From assembly GCA_032718475.1 (NCBI GenBank), contig JAUCBJ010001587.1, positions 1-47,599 on the forward strand: 47,599 nt of DNA, in the 5' to 3' direction. Made by a program: the position numbers and the translations under genes. A model generated the notes under the pieces. It had not been told where the DNA came from and made no database searches. It was given only the letters and a program-made list of their open reading frames with translations. The DNA comes from Nemertoderma westbladi. Its lineage: Eukaryota > Animalia > Xenacoelomorpha. How positions within the stretch are numbered: the first letter of the stretch is position 1; the number at the start of each line of letters is the position of its first letter. Below, in pieces: positions 37,588 to 47,599 of the stretch.

Positions 37588-37700
37588 CACCGCCATGAAT
37601 TTTTTGAGACGCATCTGGATTTGCAGGACACTGGCCTTGGAGATGTGGATAATCTCGCGATAGTCATGGGTAAGAAGGTGTTGTAGAGGCGCATTTTTGA
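37588..37700 (+). mobile_element. Second short copy of the same RTE 3' end
   Basis: CCATGAATTTTTTGAGACGC...AGGACACTGGCCTTGGAGATGTGGATAATC...AGTCATGG aligns with ~36818-36915. Confidence 0.6.
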
Positions 37701-38419
37701 CAGCACCAGAGAGGCATATAATACCCCTGTTGTTTGTATGTTGTGGTAATTTGTACTGATTGCCGTAATCATTTAGGGTGGTTCTGGTTCAATTATGCCG
37801 AAATGCGCAGTAGCAAATAAATTGGATGTCAAGTTCTCGAAAATAAATGACGTCCTAAAGTTACTGAGGTATTGTACAGTTTTGTAAATAATATGTAGGT
37901 ATGTAGATAACATAATTATTGTTAATCTCATTGACTGAGTGTGGATTTAATAATGTACAGTGGCCTAGGCCTACTGTATTAGTATTACTATGCACTGTGT
38001 GATTTCAAGTAAGTTAATAGGCGCTGTACTAGTGAGAAATCTGGCTGCCTACCGTATTTATGTTAACCACAATACTGAATTCCGATTGGGTGTGGTTTGG
38101 CTGCTATTGTGGTGTACAACAATGTGTAGTTCGGTTTTCCTGTGATTCCCATGCATAGGTGGTCGGTTTAAAGTTAGATGGGTTGTGTTCTCTGACAAAG
38201 GATAGGCCTACTATAGCTCGTAGAAGTCTATACTACATACAGTATGTGATATGCACTACAATTATTCAGTATAGTAGCCTATACTATTGGTGCAATTTTT
38301 TTTTATAAGTGTAAAATATAATTTATTGCCTTTATTGCTTATCTACAGTAGCTATGTAGGCCTGTGTACATAACGTCGTACATTGTACAGTAGGCCTGCA
38401 TATTACATACCTACAGTAT

Positions 38420-38640
38420 ATCAGCCATACACTTTCCAAGTCCAGTGAAACTAAGCACCCGGCTAAGGTACTGTAAGTTTGACTGGCTCTGCTCAAGTCA
38501 GGTGGTTGCCATAGCACAAGGGCATAAACAGAACAGGCTTATCTTCCCGGGCATAGCACTGACCTGTTGTCTTTATGGTGGCGGGATTGCAAAGTAGAAC
38601 TGGTTTCAAGTTTTGAGAAATGAAATGCCACCCTCCATTG
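38420..38640 (-). mobile_element. Highly decayed RTE-like LINE fragment
   Basis: Minus-strand translation TGQCYAREDKPV, then after a frameshift LVLWQP...QTY, follows the same C-terminal pattern. Confidence 0.45.
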
Positions 38641-39399
38641 AAAGGGCATCGTCATTGCTTACAGTATGTTGGGATATTTTCTGCACCAGCCAGCGCCCTT
38701 GGCAAGGTATTGCTTGGTAGGCACGGCAAGGTATTTGCAAGCTCCACTAGTTGTGTGGCGATGGTCAACCCAGGAGCAATGCAACTGGCCCGATTTCCTG
38801 TTTTTCGCCTTTGAATCCCCTAAAGGTTAAACTGGTGAGGTACAATAATATACATAAATTAACCTGAAATGGACGGCTGTTTGATAGCTGACCCGCGTTC
38901 CATTTGCGGATGTGGAGGTATTTTGCCGAACTCTTGCATCCATGAATCCAGAAAAACAGAAGTCCAACATAAAAAATGTGGATTTACACAAAATCCATAA
39001 AAATCTTTTTACAATTTGGTCTAATTGATGGTCATGAATCAGTTCTTTTCTTCCCATGACCTATTTGTCCAGCAATATTTTCGTAGGCCTACCACTGGGT
39101 TGATGATAATCAAATGTTGAGTTATTTGGATAGCCCATTTTGGAGGCCTTTTTGATCCATCAAACATACACTATTGTATTATGGCAGCATGAGAGACGAC
39201 TATATGAATGACTAATACTGTAAGAATGGTGCCGCCCCTTTGTAACTATAGTTGTATAGTTGCACATATTTCTTAATTGCATTACCCTTTCTTCCTCCCC
39301 CTCGCTTGGGGACTTCCAGATTGAAGGATTGCACGAATCGTCTGGATCTCGGGTGTCTTTTAGTTTACTGTTACCGTACTTACCGTACCTCCCAGTTGC

Positions 39400-39500
39400 T
39401 GAACATCTTAACCTAAACAACATTCGAGATCAAGAAGTTGCACTTAACAAGGATATATCGAATGTTGCGGACTGGGCCGTCAAAAACCGCCTGACACTAT
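39400..39500 (+). mobile_element. CR1/L2-type reverse transcriptase fragment
   Basis: LNKDISNVADWAVKNRLTL matches the post-YADD motif LxxDLxxVxxWxxxNxLxLN. Confidence 0.5.
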
Positions 39501-40382
39501 TCGCAACACATTTTGAGCCTCAAATCGAAACAATAGGCATATTTTATAAATGGATAACTTGATCCGCGACCTTTCCAATGTTACATAAACTTGAGTTCTA
39601 TTGAGCAGCAATTACTATCAAATCAAGGTAACCATAGTGATAATTTTTCATTATTAGATTGCGACCATTACCATAGAACATTCCGAAATTCCCAAGCAAT
39701 TTATTTAACTGGTTTTTTAAATTTATAATGTAAACTATCTAAAAATTACCCAGTTTTAAAAATGTTAACGACTCATAGCCCATTTTGCAATTGCCAATTC
39801 AACTTATCCAGTGGGTGTCCAATTATTGCATTAAAAACTTTTAGTGTTCCCAAACTAAATGTCTGCTTGAATTGCAGTATAGGACTGTACAGTATGTTAT
39901 GCTTTTCCTTGGAGTAAGCTACAGTATGACGTCTAGAAAATTAAGGGATAGGCTATAAATCTATATTAGAAGCTTATAAGTTACTCAGGAGACTGTTGGT
40001 ATGCATTATGTGGAATGAGTGTAGATGTGAGATTAAAAAATGAATAATTAATAATAAGATAGTCATCCACCTAAGGCAATTAAGTCATAGATGCTTTATT
40101 TATATTCGTCTGCAACCAATATAGGCTCCAATATAAATTCAATGCGGCTTATATTTATCCCAACATTACTTTGATAAATATTTCTGAAAGCCATCTCAAA
40201 AAGTGATGTATGTAAAAAGTTAAACACAAAAATACATTACACAAATACAATTACACAAACAAACATAGCAAACAATTTTACCGAATAAATACCTAGCATA
40301 ATTTTCCACAATTTCAATTGTGTTTGACCTTAAAAATAAATTTGAGAATCAATCTCGCTACACGTTTGGTTTATTATCAGTT

Positions 40383-41387
<1,005 letters not shown>

Positions 41388-41504
41388 CTAAATATATGTG
41401 ATTAAACTGTTATAGATAATAATCAAATATCATTTAGATGGGAGTGTAAGATACATTTGTGCGGTATCTCGGAAAACACACCATATCCGACTGGTGTATA
41501 TCCA

Positions 41505-41593
41505 GTATAGCCTATATAGAGGCTACATGCCTACATGTAGGATGGTGTAGCCTACATGTGGGTGAACGTGTGAGGTGAATGTAGTTAGGTGTA
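41505..41593. repeat. Intronic copy of the short dispersed repeat seen at 8-90
   Basis: Inverted homology to window positions 8-90. Confidence 0.7.
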
Positions 41594-42220
41594 AGAAGGT
41601 CTGCAAAACACAAATGATGAACAAAAGCGATTGTGTAATTATTGCATTGGTGTCCATTAATAATATTTTAAATAAGATGCGGGCTGTTAAAACATTTGTC
41701 TGGGTATCATAATTAAAATTAAACATTGGAGCAAAAAGGCCTGGCAGCAAAACTAATTGAAGTGAAGCGAGGACAAACATCGTGATTATTATAAGGGCAA
41801 ACACATCCTACCAATCATTATCTACTTTATAAAAACGTAGTGGAGCCTTCGAGCAGCACTTCACGTGCTATTAAAACTTATTAGTTTGGTATTTCGTTTA
41901 TTATTTTGTTGTTAATTCGCCGTGATGGGATTTGCGTCAAATTTCCCTACCCCATAATATGAGGGAAAGAAAGTGATGTTGTGTAAGTAAGTTGTGATAA
42001 ACCGAGCGGGTGAGTAGTGCAAAGAATGGGTAAGACGAACAATAGGTGAAAAAAGTGGAAAGTAGATCGTATGGAGGGGATTGGTATGGGAGAAAATTAG
42101 TGTGGGTTGGCAAGTATGTTTCGGACTATAAAAAGTAACAAACTCCCAGACTTCTATATCCAGGCATAAAACACACTTAGAAGTACTTAAACTAATTCGC
42201 GAGAATACCAATAAACTTAA

Positions 42221-43198
<978 letters not shown>

Positions 43199-43220
43199 TC
43201 ATATTGTGGATAATATGACG

Positions 43221-43321
43221 TTTATATAGCCGTGAACTCTATCAACCAAATTGCCAAACGTCCCCGGAGAGGGAAAATGTTACCATATATGGTATGGATA
43301 TGATGAATTTGCCTTATTTGG
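43221..43321 (-). promoter_or_regulatory. Actin promoter: TATA box plus two perfect CArG (SRF) boxes
   Basis: TATATAAA (minus) at 43221-43228; CCATATATGG at 43283-43292 and CCTTATTTGG at 43312-43321 both fit CC(A/T)6GG. They lie 135-235 bp upstream of the ATG, the standard arrangement for animal actin promoters. Confidence 0.85.
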
Positions 43322-44256
43322 GCTACAGTTCGGCGATTCTGGGCTGTGTACTTTGACCCGCAATATTAGCAGATTAATTTCATAGTTGTAGATTCCCATG
43401 GTTTCGGTTAATATTTTTCTAGTGTTTGTCAAGTATATACACACAGAGATTGCGCGCTAGTATAACTTATCTACAGTAATGCACTCAACATAACACTTTG
43501 CAAGGCAAACATAAAACACTCAACGAATGTAGGCATACATACTTAACTGTCCTAAAGACTACTTATAGTGCTGTCAACTGATTAACAAACGGAGGTACCT
43601 AAGTCTAACATACGAGAACTGTATTATGGGGTGAGCTTAGCATACAGGTAGGGAACGCCGTTTCAAACGTTTTCTGTCTGTCGGCTATGTTTGAAATCTA
43701 CAGTAGTAATAACTCAGTCAATCTTTGATGACATGAAACCAAACTTGGTATATTATTTATGTAATCTGTCATAAATCTGAAATATAATTTGCCTAGAGGG
43801 ACTCAGCAGTTCTCCAGTCTCCCGCTCGGGGGCGACTAGGCAACTATTTAAAATATTGGAACCCGTATGTAAACCATATGATTGCATTGATTTTACTTTT
43901 TTTTTATCCCGGCGAAAAAAGTAAATTAAAATATTTATGGTGGAATTTCGTAAATTTAATTATATGTACTCATTTTTATTTTATTACAAGACCATTAACG
44001 TAGAATTGTAGTAGAAAAGTTTGGCAGTGATTTGAGCGAAATCCTAGTTATATAATAAATATTCGAGAACAGTAAATTATTTAACATTGTGTAAGGCAAC
44101 ATCGAGAGTTGAAGAGTACAATAATTTGAATTACAATAACTATGGAAGCAAAATTGTAAAATACTACAATTCAATTTATTTTGTAACACTATATCGCTCT
44201 ATCTTTTATTAAAGAATGGAGCAACAAAAAAGTACCAATTTAAGAATAAAATTACG

Positions 44257-44394
44257 TATTACATGGGAAAAAACGTAAAACCTTTTTTTTTTCAATACTC
44301 TCTCGGCCCTTTATTAACCTCGCTGACGCTAGGTAAATAAAATTAATAATTCCTAGAGAATAGTGAAAAAAGTTATAATTTATCCCATGTAATA
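44257..44394. mobile_element. Small palindromic MITE
   Basis: Termini TATTACATGGGA / TCCCATGTAATA; inner inverted pair TTTTTCAATACTCTCT / AGAGAATAGTGAAAAA; central hairpin ACCTCGC-TGAC-GCTAGGT. Confidence 0.6.
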
Positions 44395-44777
44395 ATACAT
44401 ATTTTTGGACTTTCGGTTTTTTATTTGTCGACCAATAATTTCATTTCTGGACCAACCAATCATTGAAGAACGACAGATATTTTCTATATCACGTGGGGCC
44501 ATAAACATGTGGGGCCTTCCCTTCGCGTAGGACGAAGTAAGTAAGATTAGCATTTTACCGGCACCGCTATTTCAACCGTTGCCAAGTCGCATGTAATTCT
44601 CATCTAGGCAGGATAACTGCTAAGTCCTCCCGCTCCAATTATATTTCAAACTTTTTACAGACTTCATGTGTAAAAAATGTAGTTTAATTTCATAATAGAT
44701 TAACTGAGTATCAGCCTTCAATTTAATTATTTATTAGCATTTAGCCTTCGTAACGGGCGTACACTTAGAGCAGACAG

Positions 44778-47599
44778 ATCAGCCGACAGACCCACCGACA
44801 GACCCGCGACACATCAGCCGATAGACCCAGCGACACATCAGCCGACAAATCAGCCGACAGACCCGCCGACAGACCCACCGACACATCAGCCGACAAATCA
44901 GCCTACAGACCCGCCGACACATCAGCCGACAGATCCACCGACACACCAGCCGACATAACAGCCGACAGACCCACCAAAACATCAGAAGACAAATCCACCG
45001 ACAAATCAGCCGACAGACCCGCCGACACATCAGCCGACACACCAGCCGACAGACCCGCCGACACATCAGCCGACAGACCCACCGGTACCTCAGCCGACAG
45101 ATCCACCTGCACATCAGCCGACAAAACCACCGAAAAATCAGCCGGGACAGACCCGCCGACAGATCCACCGGCCCATGAGCCGACAGACCCGCCGACACAT
45201 CAGCCGACAGATCCACCGACACACCAGCCGACAGACCCACCGACATATCAGCTGACAGATCCACCGACACATCAGCCGACAGACCCACCAGCCCATCAGC
45301 CGAATGACCCACCGGCCCATCAGCCGTCAGATTCGCCAACACATCAGCCGACAGACCCACCGGCCCATCAGCCGACAGATTCGCCAACACATCAGCCGAC
45401 AGACCCACCGACACATCAGCCGACAAATCAGCCGACAGACCCGCCGACACATCAGCCGACAGATCCGTCGACACATCCACCGACACACCAGCCGACAGAC
45501 CCACCGAGATATCAGCCGACAGACCCACGGACACATCAGCCGACAGACCCACCAGCCCATCAGCCGAATGACCCACCGGCCCATCAGCCGACAGATTCGC
45601 CAACACATCAGCCGACAGACCCACCGACACATCAGCCGACAAATCAGCCGACAGACCCGCCGACACATCAGCCGACAGATCCGTCGACACATCCACCGAC
45701 ACACCAGCCGACAGACCCACCAGCCCATCAGCCGAATGACCCACCGGCCCATCAGCCGTCAGATTCGCCAACACATCAGCCGACAGACCCACCGGCCCAT
45801 CAGCCGACAGATTCGCCAACACATCAGCCGACAGACCCACCGACACATCAGCCGACAAATCAGCCGACAGACCCGCCGACACATCAGCCGACAGATCCGT
45901 CGACACATCCACCGACACACCAGCCGACAGACCCACCGAGATATCAGCCGACAGACCCACGGAACACATCAGCCGACGGACCCACCGGCCCATTAGCCGA
46001 CAGATGCGCCAACACATCAGCCGACAGACCCACCGACACATCAGCCGACAAACCAATCAACACATCAGCCGACAGATCCGCCGACACATCAGCCGACAGA
46101 TCCACCGACATACCAGCCGACAGACCCAGCGACATATCATCCGACAGACCCACCGACACATCTGCCGACAGATCCGTCGACACATCCACCGACACACCAG
46201 CTGACAGACCCACCGAGATATCAGCCGACAGACCCACGGACACATCAGCCGACAGACCCACCAGCCCATCAGCCGAATGACCCACCGGCCCATCAGCCGA
46301 CAGATTCGCCAACACATCAGCCGACAGACCCACCGACACATCAGCCGACAAATCAGCCGACAGACCCGCCGACACATCAGCCGACAGATCCGTCGACACA
46401 TCCACCGACACACCAGCCGACAGACCCACCGAGATATCAGCCGACAGACCCACGGACACATCAGCCGACAGACCCACCAGCCCATCAGCCGAATGACCCA
46501 CCGGCCCATCAGCCGACAGATTCGCCAACACATCAGCCGACAGACCCACCGACACATCAGCCGACAAATCAGCCGACAGACCCGCCGACACATCAGCCGA
46601 CAGATCCGTCGACACATCCACCGACACACCAGCCGACAGACCCACCGAGATATCAGCCGACAGACCCACGGACACATCAGCCGACAGACCCACCAGCCCA
46701 TCAGCCGAATGACCCACCGGCCCATCAGCCTACAGATTCGCCAACACATCAGCCGACAGACCCACCGACACATCAGCCGACAAATCAACCGACAGACCCG
46801 CCGACACATCAGCCGACACACCAGCCGACAGACCCACTGAGATATCAGCCGACAGACCCACGGACACATCAGCCGACTGACCTACCGGCCCATTAGCCGA
46901 CAGATACGCCAACACATCAGCCGACAGACCCACCGACACATCAGCCGACAAACCAACCAACACATCAGCCGACAGATCCGCCGACACATCAGCCGACAGA
47001 TCCACCGACATACCAGCCGACAGACCCAGCGACATATCATCCGACAGACCCACCGACACATCTGCCGACAGATCCACCGACACATCAGCTGACAGACCCA
47101 CCGACACATCAGCCGACAGACCCACCGACACATCAGCCGACAGACCCGCCGACAGACACAACAGCCGACAGACCCGCCGACCCTACAACACATCAGCCGA
47201 CAGACCGCCGACCTTACAACACATCAGCCGACAGACCCACCGACACATCAGCCGACAGATCCACCGACAGCTCAGCCGACAGATCCACCGACACATCAGC
47301 CGACAGATCCGCCGACACAACAGCCGGCAGATCCACCGATAAATCAGCTGACAGACCCACCGGCAGACCCGCCGACACATCAGCCGCAGGCCCACCAACA
47401 CACCAGCCGACAGACCCACCGACACATCATTAGCCGACAGACCCACCAACCCATTTGCCGACATATCAGCCGACAGACCCACCGACACACGAGCCGACAG
47501 ATCCGCCGACACAACAGCCGGCAGAACCACGTATAAATCATCCGACAGACCCACCAAAACATCAGCCGATAGATCCACCGACATATCAGCCGACAGACC
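44778..47599. repeat. GC-rich 12/24-bp minisatellite (CAGCCGACAGACCCACCGACACAT) with 216-bp higher-order units, truncated by the window end
   Basis: CCGAC recurs every 12 bp. The diagnostic GAATGACCC occurs at 46275, 46491 and 46707 (216-bp spacing) and also at 45302, 45566 and 45734. Confidence 0.95.

Noticed and set aside
44779-47584. Arg/Cys/Trp-rich and Ser/Ala/Asp/Val-rich ORFs
   Set aside because: They are translations of the 12-bp minisatellite, open in several frames and on both strands, with no gene structure.

Overview
This is AT-rich animal genomic DNA, not prokaryotic; the actin residues look echinoderm-like, which is an inference. About 60% of the window is tandem repeat: a 40/49-bp satellite (3.09-6.72 kb), a ~22.5-kb 66-bp satellite (8.24-30.76 kb) and a GC-rich 12/24-bp array running off the right end. 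Nearly all long ORFs in the track are artefacts of these repeats. The real genes are on the minus strand. One is an intact two-exon, 376-aa actin gene with a TATA box and two perfect CArG boxes. The other, downstream, is an N-terminally truncated, diverged but uninterrupted actin paralog. The remainder holds a decayed DDE transposase (Mutator-like/Kolobok-type) interrupted by a palindromic IS3EU-like MITE, two tRNA-derived SINEs, several MITEs and RTE/CR1 LINE fragments. The most notable observations are: (1) the actin exon-1/intron-1 junction is amplified into a 79-bp minisatellite that adds nine decoy 5' splice donors, all unproductive; (2) a complete type I hammerhead ribozyme lies at 475-526 (minus); (3) the truncated actin has a new in-frame ATG at the breakpoint and substitutions clustered around the nucleotide cleft; (4) satellites appear to have arisen from a transposon end and possibly from a tRNA-Glu-like sequence.
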